NCBI RefSeq assembly: GCF_035084215.1
Contig: NC_090342.1
Span: 38,316,001-38,380,000 of the forward strand
Direction: 5' to 3'
DNA length: 64,000 nucleotides
Source of the DNA: Heptranchias perlo
Taxonomy: Eukaryota
Below are positions 25,812 to 38,212 of this stretch, in pieces. Numbering within the stretch: the stretch's first letter is position 1; each line of letters opens with the position of its first letter. Made by a program: the position numbers and the translations under genes. The notes under the pieces are model-generated. The model ran no database searches. It saw only the letters and a list, made by a program, of their open reading frames with translations, and was not told where the DNA came from.

Positions 25812-27464
25812 GGGCGCTAAATTGGGCTGTGTAGCGCCTTTGTTTCAGCGCTATACGGCCTCTCCGACATCCAAGATGGCGTCTTGGATGTGGACGCACG
25901 CCATCTTGGTATAGGAGTTAGCGCAGACACAGATAATGAATGCTGGAATCATGTAAAGTAGGGAGAAAATAGCTTCAATCAGTGTGCAATGCTGATTTAA
26001 AGTGATAGACACCATTTTGGGACTTAACGCTCAATTCAACGCACAGTCTTAACCCTGACCATCTGAACGTGTCTTAGATTGCCTAGAGGACACCCCACCA
26101 GCGCTATTTAAAGGGACCTTGCAGGATTTACAGGTTAGTGGCTGGATTATTGCTTCTGGCTGCCAAGACGTTTGTAACTGTTTATGGAGGTCTCCTAGAC
26201 TTAAATACTAGGACGCAGGGACATAGCCTAACATTTAGAGCCAGGATGTGCAGGAGTGAAGTTATTAAATGCTTCTACAGGAAACGGGTGGGAGACGTTT
26301 GGAATGCTCTTCTGCAGACAGCAGTTGATGCTAGCTCACTTGTGAATGTTAAATCTGAGATTGATAGATTTCTGTGAACCAAGGGTATAAGGGATATGGG
26401 GCTAAGACGGGCATATGGAGTTATGTCACAGGTCCACCATGATCTCATTGAATGATGGAACAGGCTCAAGGGGCTAAATGCCACTGCCACTTGCTGCCTC
26501 TTGATATGCGCCACTTTCTCCTGCAAGAAAGGGGAACGTATGTCTGGGTGATGTGCCTGTCATGGTTGAATAGCTGCCAGTATGTGTGGCCTGTGAGTTG
26601 TGGGTGGGCGGCTTGAAACAGTGGTAATGTGTAAAGGTGAAAGGAAGCATCTGATTGGAAGAACTGAGTACTGATGTGGGGATGGGGGGTGTAGTGCGTG
26701 GTAGGAGTGCAGCCGGTAGGAGACACCACTTGACAGTTGACCTCACTCACCTTGACTACTCATGTCAAAGCATTGAACTTCTTCCTGCACTGCATCCATG
26801 TTCATAATGCTGTGCGCCTGGCATTGACTTCGTCCCCCGCTGCCTCCCACTGCCTTTTGAGTAAATGTCTGGAGATCCCCTTGCCCCTCCCCCCCCCCCC
26901 CCCCCCCCCCCGCGGATATAGGATGTCCCTCCTTCCGTCCACCTCTTGCACCCAAGGTCTCTAGTGTATCAGCAGAGAACCTTGGTGCACGCACTCTCGC
27001 AGGCCTGGTACCAACTCAGATCGTCAGATTGGTGAGGTCTGGCGTGCAGATTGGAGGTTGTGGGATTTAGTAGTGCGCAACCTTTATTCAATGTTTTACC
27101 ATAACTCATCAGTGTGTAAACATAGGAATGGGACCTGCATCTGTGTTTTACGCGTGCGATGTCTGATCTCCGTTCAGACTACGTGCAGACAGTAGACTGT
27201 TATTTTCAGCAAATAACAGGTACCAGCGACCATTAAGAAATTTCTAAGAAACATCCTCCCTTTAAGAGATTGAGTTCCCTCTGGTGGTGGAAAGTGCGAA
27301 TTGCATTGATTCCATGTGCAAGGCCTGGAAAGGAATGCTGATTGCAGGTAAGTGCTCCGGTGGGTCCAAACTTGGGTCCTGCCTGCGCAGGGGCTATTGG
27401 GCGCGGGGTAATAGCATATCATGCTACCCGCGTCCAAAAATGGCCCCTATTGAATTTCTCCCCC
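25812..27464. mobile_element. Internally deleted Harbinger DNA transposon with Myb/trihelix gene relic and nested CR1 3' end
   Basis: Left end is homologous to the 61287 element. Minus strand 26740-27000 reads RAPRFSAD..L.....RRDILYP...W.QCRKKFNAL (NAIF1-like Myb). CR1 tail at about 26195-26490. Confidence 0.8.
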
Positions 27465-27759
27465 ATCGTGTCCAGAGATCTAGAAGTAGAGAGAAAGAAC
27501 TTGCATTTATATCGCGCCTTTCACTACCTCATGACATTCCAAAAGCGCTTTACAGCCAATAAAGTATTTTTGAAGTGTAGTCACTGTTGTAGTGTAGGAA
27601 ACAAACTAATTTACAGGGCTAATTTTACAAATCTGCACTGTCTGTGGGGATCCTTGCTGTGTGTAATTTTCAGTATGAGGTCAGATGGCTATGTGTAACT
27701 CGTAGTGGGAAGTAAGTAGTGTGAATTGTAGGATAGGGTTAGACTGATGGGCTTAGGAA

Positions 27760-29165
27760 TCGTTTGACATTGTGCCTGTTTTACAGGAAGGTGCCATAAA
27801 CTGTACCCACATTGCCTTGTGTGTTCCACATCACCATCCTGGCATCTATCTCAATAGAAAGAGATACCACTTCCTCAATGTCGAGCTTCTTTGTGACCAT
27901 GGCAACAAAAACAACTTGCATTTATATAGCACCTTTAACATAGTAAAATGTCCCAAGGGGCTCCACAGGAGCGTTATCAGACAAAATTTGACCGAGCCAC
28001 ATAAGGAGATATTAGGACAGGCGACCAAAAGATTGGTCAAAGAGGAGAGAGAGAAAGAGAGGTGGAGAGGTCTAGGGAGGGAATTTCAGAGTTTAGGGCC
28101 TTGGCAGCTGAAGGCATGACTGCCAATGGAGGGCCGATGGAAATTGGGGATGCACTAGAGGCCAGAAGTGGAGGAATGTAGAGTTCTCGGAGGGTTGTAT
28201 GGGTTGGAGGAGGTTACAGAGATAGTGAAGGGCAAGGTTGTGGAAGGATTTGAACACAAGCATGAGAATTTTTAAATCGCGGCATTGCTGGACCAAGAGT
28301 CAATATAGGCTAGTGAGCACAGGGGTGATGGGTGAATGGGACTTGGTGTGAGTCAGGATACGGGCAGCACATCATGCAGGTCTGTGCCTGCTTTCCTGGC
28401 AGCAGTCATGATTCATTCATCCTGTACCAGTCCTCTGTGCCGTCTTTATTCCAACCAGGTCGTTAGGTCCCAGGCTGGCTATCTCCAGCGGCTACAGCTT
28501 GGGAGGTAGTAGGCTCCTGAGCTTCCATTGAGGATACTTCAGATGACCATGGATGACCTTGGCGTGAGCTGAGGCAGTAATGGTCCTGCTAGCTGTGTGG
28601 CACTTGCAGAAAGGTGATGGGGGAGCAGGCATGCAGTCTTTCTGGGAGGACAGCAGCTACCTCTCTCAGGGAGCTAAGTCCACCGTCCTGAGACTGCGCC
28701 TCGGCACTCCTAGGGCTCAGGGGTCTGCTTAACAACAAAGTGCAGGTGTGATGTGACGCTCTGAAAGCTCGTCATTACTGGCCCCCAGAGTCAAGATGGC
28801 AGCCGTATGAGCTTCTATGGCAGCTGTGTGAGCTGCAATGGAAGCTGTTAGAACTGTGAGCAGAGGCTCCATCATGGTGAGCACCACTGTAGTGTTCATG
28901 GAGCTGACCACTCTCTCCACGTTAGACAGAATAGTCTCCATGCTCTGCGAGAAGCCCTGGCATAGGTTGGAGCTGGACTCCTCCATGCTCTATGCCATTG
29001 CATGCAAGTTCTCTGGCAGGTTGCCCAGTGCACCTACAATCCTGGTGTGTGCCCATCAGCCTCCTTTGGTAGCCTGGGCCCTCAAAGTCAGCATCTGAAC
29101 CCTCTGCAGCAGAGCTATTATGTGATTGCGCCCTCCAGCGAGCTGGCACCTGTGGCGTCCTATCC
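27760..29165. mobile_element. Harbinger relic (plus-strand transposase piece, minus-strand second-gene piece) split by an L2 insertion
   Basis: EGAINCTHIAL...NRKRYHFLNVELLCDH, then the insert, then IMQVCACFPGSSHDSFIL. A coiled-coil-like minus ORF lies at 28729-28986. Confidence 0.75.
27904..28368 (-). mobile_element. L2 LINE 3' fragment
   Basis: DLKILMLVFKSFHNLALHYLCNLLQP and the 3' end GCTATATAAATGCAAGTTGTT. Confidence 0.85.
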
Positions 29166-29694
29166 CCCAGCATTTTTGTTTTAAAAGTCAACCCTAGATT
29201 TTTCTTTTTCATCATGTGTTCAGTTCAAGGGAAAGGAAGTGCAAAAACTGAACAGGTTCAAAATGTCAAACCTTTTCTTTCAACTCGTTAGCTTATTACC
29301 ACAATGACTCAGTGATCCAGCCAAATTTGTAGAAAGCTGATTTATGTTCTGTGCAAACAACCCAAATATGCAGAGAAAGCAACACAAATATTACATCTAT
29401 TTAGTACCGGATTAAGATTTGATCTGTGATTAAATCTGTGTGTGATTTTCCACATGCTTGAGTCTGAAGAGACCAGGGCAGACAGCTCTATAAAAAAATT
29501 GCCGCCAAGATCCACATCATGCTGAGCAGACGTTATCATTTGTAACTTTGGCAGGTTCTTGGTAGGTTTAAGCTAGTTGCACAGCATTAAATCTTTGTTG
29601 TTAATCTTAGTTGAAGCAGTAAACTGTCCATAGTGCTTGAGCAACCAGTGGTATGCATGAAGCATTCCATGCTTGACAAAGTTAACATGAAACA

Positions 29695-30086
29695 GATGGG
29701 TTCAAGCCCCACCCCAAAGACTTGAACACATAATCTAACCTGACACTTCAGTCCAGTACTGAGGAAGTACTGCACTGTTGGAGGTGCCATCTTTCAGATG
29801 AGACATTAAACCAAGTCCCCTTCTGCCTTGTCAGGTGGACGTAAAAGATCCGATGGCACTATTTGAAGGAGGTACACCAGCATCTAGGCCAATATTTATC
29901 TCTCAACCAATACCACTAAAACAGATTGTTTAGTCGTTTATCTCATTGCTGTTTGTTCGACTTTGTTGTGTGTATGTAGGTTGAAGGGTTTCCCTACATT
30001 GCAACAGTGATTGCAGTTCAAAAGTTCATCATTGGCTGTGAAGCTCTTTAAAGGTGTAAAAGGTGCCATATAAATGTTAGTTCTTC
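29695..30086 (+). mobile_element. Deu-domain SINE (SacSINE1/AmnSINE1-like) with L2-type tail
   Basis: Box B GGGTTCAAGCCC, Deu core GTGCCATCTTTCAGATGAGACATTAAACC..TAAAAGATCC..TGGCACTATTTGAAG, tail GGTGCCATATAAATG. Confidence 0.75.
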
Positions 30087-30335
30087 TGCTCTCCAGAAGG
30101 CAGTTATTCATGTTGGAGTACGATTCTACAAGTATCTCATTGTCTTTTGTATGTGAGGCTGAGCAATGAGTACCGTCAGGCTACGCAACAGTGTGGAAGT
30201 ATTTCAGCAGAGGCCGATTTTGCCCTCACCTGACATTTACACACACGCCCTTTTCAAGAAGAGAAATTCTGGCTGATTTTTATTCTCCTCCTCAGTTTCA
30301 GGAAACTGAAGTCAATTGTAGTTCCCCCATATTGT

Positions 30336-30552
30336 TCTATTCTCCCCTCCCCCCCCATCCCATCATCTTTCCCTGACTCTGTATTTGCTTATAAACTGTT
30401 AAATCTCTAACTTCTTCCAGTTCTGACGAAAGGTCATCGACCTGAAAAGTTAACTGTTTCTCTCTCCCATGATGCTGCCTGACCTGCTGAGTCTATCCAG
30501 CATTTTCTGTTTTTGTTTCAGATTTCCAGTATCTGCAGTATTTTGCTTTTGT
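30336..30552 (+). mobile_element. Penelope-like element terminal fragment (second family), nested in a SINE
   Basis: Hammerhead motif followed by GATGCTGCCTGACCTGCTGAGT..TCCAGCATTTTCTGTTTTTGTTTCAGATTTCCAG. A decayed minus-strand relative lies at about 51160-51230. Confidence 0.7.
30418..30456 (+). ncRNA. Minimal hammerhead motif of a second Penelope family (helix III palindrome broken)
   Basis: CAGTT-CTGACGA-A-AGGTC-ATC-GACCT-GAAA-AGTT-AACTG. AAAGTT stands where palindromic AACGTT would be expected. Confidence 0.7.
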
Positions 30553-31669
30553 ACAGTTCCTCCACCACCACTCTAGCTAACCAGCACAAATCAGGGATCA
30601 AACCTGGAACTTGCCTCGGATGTGTGGCTAGTTTACCCTCTGAGCTATATGAGAATTTTTAGATAATACTTTAAAGGCAGCATACAGTCACAGAGCGATA
30701 GGTGTTTGCTTGAAGCCATGATTCCATAACTCCTAAATTTCCAGTTGTTTCTGTATTTTTCAAATGAGGTGATAATCAAAGGCCTAAAGCCTATAGAGAT
30801 GGAAAATTAAAGCTGTAAGACCCAGTCTAAGAGGTGTATTTTGCTGACATCTCCAGAGGCAGCAGCGCCCTCTGCAGTAATAGCAAATATTTGTGCCAGA
30901 GGCTGTCACTGGTATGAAAAACGAACTCAGCCTGTTGTTAGAATCTAGCAATTTTTTACTCAGCAACTTCTATGGACATTCCCCAGCTGCATAACTGCAA
31001 GTGAAAGACAGTTGTGATTGCATTTTTTTTTATTACGCAGAATTTTTCTCTCTCTCGATGAAATGTTACCCTTTTTTTCAGATGTTGATGAACCTGTATT
31101 TCCAGTGTTTTCTCTTATTATTGTTTTCTGTTGTTCTGATGTCATAGAATCTGCCATGCGATATAAACAAGCTGGATTCCACAATACAGATGCCCTCAGG
31201 CAGTATTATATAATCTCTTTTTGAAGCAATTCTGAAAATAAATTGTCATAAGCGCAAAATGTATTTGAAATAAATCATATATTCTGTATGTTTTTCTCTT
31301 TTTGTTTGATTATACAAAAAATATTTGTCAAATATTTTGACTCCAAATAAGAGTCAGTTTAAATTGTTGATTTGACTTACAAAAAACTCTTAACCCAGAA
31401 GTTCCATACTTAGTTACAATATCTGAACACCAAGGATGGATTTTGGAAGAAGAGACACGCAGGAACTGAGTGCATGTGGTAAGTGGTTCTTATAGGCACT
31501 GGCATTGGTTCAGGATGAGGGGGTTAATTTGAAATAAAAAGAAAAGTAATTTCTCAGAGTGGCTACCTGAGGTATTGATAGAACAATGGCATTGTTGTGA
31601 GAAATTAGCAGGTAGATCTTTCTTACATTGCAGTACAATGAGAATTTGTGTAAATCCAGATAAGTCACT

Positions 31670-32462
31670 ACCAGTGCATGTAATGATAGGTTATTACATG
31701 TACTGATGGGTTAACATGTATAATGATCATGGGTTAGTGTGTGTAATGATTGGTCAGTGCACGTAGTGATAGGTCAACGTGTGTTCTGATAATGACTCTG
31801 TGCATGTAATGATGGGTCAGTGTGTGTAACGATGGATCAGTGTGTAATGGTGGGTCACTGTGTGTATTGATGATGTGTCATTGTATGTCATGATGTGTCA
31901 GTGTGTGTAATGATGGGTCAGTGTGTGTAATGATGATGTGTTAGTGTGTGTAATGATGGGTCATTGTGTATGATGATGGGTCAGTGTGTGTAATGATGGG
32001 CCAATGTGTGTAATGATGGATCAGTGTGTAATGGTGGGTCAGTGTGTGTATTGATGTGTCAGTGTGTGTATTGATGTGTCAGTGTGTGTATTGATGTGTC
32101 AGTGTGTGTATTGATGTGTCAGTGTGTGTAATGATGGGTCAGTGTGTAATGGTGGGTCAGTGTGTGTATTGACGATGTGTCAGTGTGCGTAATGATGGGT
32201 CATTGTGTAATGGTGGGTCAGTGTGTGTATTGATGATGTGTCAGTGTGCGTAATGATGGGTCAGTGTGTAATGGTGGGTCAGTGTGTATATTGATGATGG
32301 GTCAGTGGTGTGTAATGATGGGTCAGTATGTGTAATGATGTATCAGTGTGTAATGATGGGTCAGTGTGTGTATTGATGATGTGTCAGTGTGTGTAATGAT
32401 GGATCAGTGTGTAAGGCTGGGTCAGTGTTTGGATTGATAATGTGTCAGTGTGTGTAATGTTG
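31670..32462. repeat. GT-rich minisatellite, 18-23-bp units (GTCAGTGTGTGTAATGATGG variants)
   Basis: Tandem units visible throughout; four perfect 20-mers at 32041-32120. Confidence 0.95.
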
Positions 32463-32844
32463 GGAGTCAGAAAGATCTTTCTTGTTCTGGAGTACAATGA
32501 GAACTTGTGTAAATTCAGAAATTTGTTGTACAAAAACTTTTTAATAAGTTACCAAACCTAAACTGGCAAGTAGCAGGAAGTGATGAGTGACATGCCAAAT
32601 CATTAAAATAATTTTGTGAAATTGGTTTGAACCACCATTAATTTACATGAAAATTTACTGGAAAAAGTAACATAACGCCATTCTCAGTTCTGTACCCATC
32701 TCTCCCAAAACTCTCTGGGGGTAATTTTGACTTTCTATGATAGTGTAAAATGGGTAACAGCGAATCAGCAGACCACTTTACATCTCTCCCAATTTTTATT
32801 TCCATTGGTCAACCGCACAACCAAATTGTGTGGTAGAGTCAGGA

Positions 32845-35800
32845 TCTTAGAGGAGCAAAGTCGACTGCAGTGGATTTAGATACATTGGAGAATTGGCCCA
32901 AGACTGACAAATGTCCTTCATTGTAGGCAAGTATAAAGTTATGCACGTAGGTACACATAATAATGCCATGAAATATAACATAGAATTACATAGAATGTAC
33001 AGCACAGAAACAGGCCATTCGGCCCAACAGGTCCATGCAGGTGTTTATGCTCCACACGAGCCTCCTCCCACCCTTCTACATCTAACCCCATCAACGTATC
33101 CTTCTATTCCTTTCTCCCTCAAGTGTTTATCTACCTTCCCCTTAAATGCATCTATGCTAGTGGCCTCAACTACTCCTTGTGATAGTGAGTTCCACATTCT
33201 ATCCACTCTCTGGGTAAAGAAGTTTCTTCTGAATTGCCTATTGAATTTATTAGTGACTATCTTGTATTTGTGGCCCTGATAGATTTTACCTCTCAGTTCT
33301 GGTAGCATCCTTGTAAATCTTTTTTTGTGGCTTTTTATAGTATGGAGACCAGAACTGTTCACAGTACTCCAAGTGTGGTCTAACCAAGGTTCTATACAAG
33401 TTTAACATAAATTTGCTACTTTTCAATTCTGTCCCTTTACAAATGAACCCCAGTGTTTTGTTTTCTTTTTTATGGCCTTATTAACCTGTGTCACTACTTT
33501 TAGTGATTTGTGTATCTGTACCCCCAAATCCTTCTGCTCCTCTACCCCATTTAGACTCTTATTTTCCAAGGAATATGTGGCCTCCTTATTCTTCCTACCA
33601 AAATGTACCACCTCACACTTATCTCTATTGAAATTCATTTGCCAATTACATACTCATTCTGCAAGTTTATTAATGTCTTTCTGTATATTGTCGCAGTCCT
33701 CCTTGGTATTAACTATACCCTCAAATTTGTTGTTGTCCGCAAATTTTGAAATTGTACTTCCGAGTCCCAAGATCAAATCGTTTATGTAAATGGTGGACAA
33801 CAATGATCTCTACACTGATCCTTGTGGAACACCACTTCCTACCTTTTGATAGTCTGAGTACTTATCTTTAACCCATGCTCTCTGTTTTCTGCTTTGTAGC
33901 CAACTTGCTATCCATTCTGCTACTTGTCCCTGACTCCACATGCACTGACCTTAGTCATGAGTCTACTATGCGGCACCTTACTGAAAGCTTTTTGAAAATC
34001 CAAATATATTACATCTACTACATTACCCTTGTCTACTCTTTCTGTTACTTCTTCAAAGAATTCAATAAGGTTGGTCAAGCATGACCTTCTCTTGTGAAAT
34101 CCGTGCTGACTATTCTTTATTATATTTTCGGTTTCTAGATGTTTTTCTATTACATCTTTGAGTAAGGATTCCATTATCTTTCCTACCAATCACATTTGCT
34201 TTCCGCCAGTCCTCAGGCACACTGTTCCCATTTCTAATGAATTTTTTTTATGTAAGTAATAGTGCCTCTGCTATCTCTTCCCTAACTTCTTTTAATATGT
34301 ACGGATGCAATCCATCTGGACCAGGGGTTTTATCCTCTCTAAGTTTGATTAGTTTATCAATTATCTCCCCCCTTTCTATCTTAAATGTGATATCTTATTC
34401 AATCTCTTCTTCTAGTGTCAAGCCCGCCTTGTTAGTCTCCCTGGTAAATACTGAGGCAAAGTAATTATTTAATATTTCTACCATTTCGCTGTCATTACCT
34501 GTGAGTTTATTCTGTGTATCCCTTAGTGGCCCTAACCCTATCCTGATTTTTTTTTTGTTGTTTATGTGTCTGTAGAATATTTTACTATCTCTTTTTATAT
34601 AACTTGATAATTTAATTTTGTAGTTTCTCTTTGCCTTCCTAATTGTTTTTTTGATTTCTTTCCTAACCTTTTTGTAATCCCTTTTATCATCCTCTCCTTT
34701 GTTGTCTATGTACTTAGTGTATGCCTTTTTCTTTAGTTTCAATTTTGCCCTTATTTCTTTATTCATCCATGGTGTGTTATTACTGGATAGTTTGTTCTTG
34801 CTTTTTAAAAGGATATATTTCTCCCAGACTCTCTTTAATCACTGTTTGAAATGTTTCCCACTGCTGCTCTATTTCTTTGTTTGTCAATAAATTTTTCCAG
34901 TTTATTTTCCCTAGTTCCATTCTTATCCCCTGAAAATCAGCTTTTTATCCAATGTATTACTTTGGCCTTTGTCTTACTTATGTCCTTCTCAATCTTTATC
35001 TTAAACCTTATTATGCTGTGATTGCTATTACCTAGATGTTCTCTTATCTGTTCTAGTTCTTTTCCCATTACTAGATCCAACAGTTCTTCATCTCTTTTTG
35101 GGCTTTTTACATCTGGATAAGAAAGGAATCCTGCACACATTGTAAAAACTCCACTCCCTGTACCCCTTCGCCTACCTCCTCTTGCCAGTTTATTTGGGGC
35201 TAGTTAAACCCCATGATTATTATTCTATGTCCTTTATTCATTTCACGTATTTGCTTACATATCTCTTCCTCCACCTCCTTCCCACTATTAGGTGGTCTGT
35301 AATATACCCCTATTAGCGTGATTGATCCCTTCTTATCTTTTATTTCAATCCATAGGAATTCTGTTTCTATTCTTCTATTAGTTATGTCCCTTTTTTCTAC
35401 TGCCATTCTGTTATCTCTAAATAGTACAGCTACTCCACCCCCTTCCTTCCCTATCCTTTCTGATTATGTTATAATCTGTAATATTTAGTTGCCAGTCCTG
35501 TTCTTTATGTAACTATGTTTCAGTTGGTTCCTCGTTACAGATTATTGCTTCCATTTCCCTTATTTTATTTTGGGCGATGTGTACATTGTTGTACAGGCAG
35601 TTTAATTTGTCTTTAATAGTTGTTCCTTCCACTTTATTTTTAACAGTCCTTTTATACTTCTGTTTTATAACTGTATTTGTTCCTTGACCGTTAGATAAGA
35701 ACATTAGAAATAGGAGCAGGAGTAGGCCATAGGGCCTCTCGAGCCTGCTCCGCCATTCAATAAGATCATGGCTGATCTTCTACCTCAACTCCACTTTCCC

Positions 35801-36630
35801 GCCCTATCCCCATATCATTTATGTTATCTTTATTCCATACCCTGGTCTGATATTTGCACTCATTTCCTGTTTCTTTTATCCTTAGGCTCTTATTATTGCT
35901 GTCAGATCCCTCCCACCCCCCCCCCCATCTTGCCAGTTTAAAGCCTTATCTTAACATGAATGGTTAAAGGCAAATGAAAGAGAGAAAGATGTGGGAGTGA
36001 TTACTGACCACTTCCTCAAAGTTCAGACTCAGTGTCAGTAGGCGGCAGTCAAAGCAAACGTGGTCCTGATCTGTATTTCCCAAAAGATTCATTACAAAAG
36101 TAGAACCATAATAGTCGGGTTGTAATATGATTTTATACAACCTCATTTAGTGTATAGTGTCCAGTTTTGGTCCCCCTACATCAGGAAGGACATTGTGACT
36201 CTGGAGAAGGTACAGAGATAGCCTGAGATCATTGAAATAGGATGATAGATTTGATGCTTTGGGTTTGTACTCACTGGAAAGATGGAGACTTAGAGGGGAT
36301 ATGATTCAGGTACTTAAGATTATTAAAGGCCTGGACATGGTGCAAGTAGATAGTATATTTGACGTAATGAGGCTAGATAGAACCAGGATCCACCGATGCA
36401 AACTGTGGAAGCAAAGGGCGAGGTTGGTTGTTTGGAGGTGTTTAACTTTTTGCAACAGTTTATTGACCTGTGGAACAGAACTCCAGAGGAGACAGTGAAG
36501 ACTAATTCTTTAAAGTCCTTCAAGTATGTGACAGATAAACTTCTGGAAAAGGTGTCATCAGAGCATGAGGTAAGAATAAATAAGTATGGAAAATAATTAA
36601 TGGGCTTGGATCTTTTGGGGCTTAACTGAT
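32845..36630 (+). mobile_element. Old CR1 RT-3' fragment split by a younger CR1
   Basis: LQWI*IHW / QMSFIVGKYKVMHVG at 32870-32975 resumes at about 35950 (ERKDVGVITDH...LYSLERWRLRGDMIQVLKIIKGLD). Confidence 0.7.
32977..35946 (-). mobile_element. CR1 LINE spanning ORF1 end, endonuclease and RT to 3' tail (degraded, deleted), with a small CR1 tail nested at 35695-35816
   Basis: TLIGVYYRPPNS, LLDLVMG, SCLTNLIEFFEEVT..VDVIYLDFQKAF, FADNNK, MNFNRDKCEVVHFG; GGCTTTAAACT ORF1 terminus. Confidence 0.92.
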
Positions 36631-37179
36631 CACCCATGAAGATTGGAGTGGGACATTTTAGATCAGCGGAAATCCCGGATACGTAAATGGGTTTTACACC
36701 GATATTCAACTAAAATTACGGTGGCGGATCGGGAGAACCCTTGACGAAATTCCCGCCGTGTTATTCTAGAGATAAGGAAAAAGAGAAGTCAGAATTGTAA
36801 TTCTGTTTGCTCTCAGTTGTAAGCAATATATATGCAAAAAAAATTTACAAAACTGTACCATTGTATTGCAAACTCTCAAGGCCTCAACATCCTCATACCG
36901 AGAGCTCAGCTCATTTCCAGGTCCAATCAGCCTTGGGGACTCCACTGTTTTGGCTAATGGAGTAAATTTGTGCTTCATCAGATGAAGAGTCAGCACAGAC
37001 AATACTTAAGCTAATGAGACAGTTAATTATCAATGACATAGCAGCGCCATGCCACATAGCAACAAAACTGGTAAAATGTCTTGGGCATTTAACCAGGGAA
37101 CAATAAAGCATGAAAAAAGCTTGTCTCTTCTTAATGATCATTCAGATTTACTCATGGCTTTGCAAATATTCTGGCCTAT

Positions 37180-38212
37180 TAGAATCATGGAATCATACAA
37201 CCTGTGCCAGCTTTTTGAAAGAGAAATCCAATTAGTTCCACTCCCCTGTTCTTCCCCCATAGCCCTGCAAACATTTCCTTGTCAAGTATTTATCCAATTC
37301 CCTTTTGAAAGTTATTATTGAATCTGCTTCCACCAGCCTTTCAGGCAGTGCATTCCGGATCATTACACTTCAACAACAACAACAACTTGCATTTATATAG
37401 CGCCTTTAATGTAGTAAAACGTTCCAAGGCACTTCACAGGAGCATTATTAAACAAAGTTTGACACCGAGCCACATAATGAGGTATTAGGACAGGTGACCA
37501 AAAGCTTGGTGAAAGAGGTAAGTTTTAAGGAGCGTCTTAAAGGAGGAGAGGGAGGTAGCGAGGCGGAGAGGTTTAGGGAGGGAATTCTAGAGCTTAGGGC
37601 CTAGGCAGCTGAAGGCACGACTGCCAATGATGAAGCGATTAAAATTGGGGATGCGCAAGAGACCAGAATTGGAGGAATGTAGAGATCTCGAAGGGTTGTA
37701 GGGCTGGAGGAGGTCACAGAGATAAGGAGGGACCAGGCCATGGAGGGATTTGAAAACAAGGATGAGAATTTTAAAATCGAGGCGTTCCTGGACCGGGAGC
37801 CATTGTAGGTCAGCGAGCACAGAGGTGATGGGAGAATGGGACTTGGTATGAGTTAGGACATGGGCAGCAGAGTTTTGGATGAGCCCAAGTTTATGGAGGG
37901 TGGAAGACGGGAGGTCAGCCAGGAGAACATTGGAATAGTCCAGTCTAGAGGTAACAAAGGCATGGATGAGGGTTTCAGCAGCAGATGAGCTGAGGCGGGG
38001 CATAAAAAAAATTCTCCGCATCTCCCCTCTGGTTCTTTTGCCAATTATCTTAAATCTGTTTCCTTTGGTTACCGACGCTCCTGCCAGTGGAAATATTTGC
38101 TCCTTATTTATTCTATCAAAATCTTTCATAATTTTAAACACCTCTATTAAATCTCCCATTAACCTTCTCTGCTCTAGGGAGAACAATCCCAACTTCTCTA
38201 ATCTCTCCATGC
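37180..38212 (-). mobile_element. CR1 3' fragment interrupted by an L2 3' fragment (37370-38000)
   Basis: Chimeric ORF 37587-38294: CR1 LEKLGLFSLEQRRL.GDLIEVFKIMK fused to L2 AETLIHAFVTSRLDYSN; (GTT)n L2 tail. Confidence 0.9.

Noticed and set aside
31436-31478. ATG mini-exon (MDFGRRDTQELSAC, GTAAGT donor, phase 1) as an alternative FBLN1 first exon
   Set aside because: No signal peptide and no promoter evidence; the 40078 exon fits much better.
31670-32462. CRISPR-like array
   Set aside because: Units are contiguous with no unique spacers, and the context is eukaryotic; it is a minisatellite.
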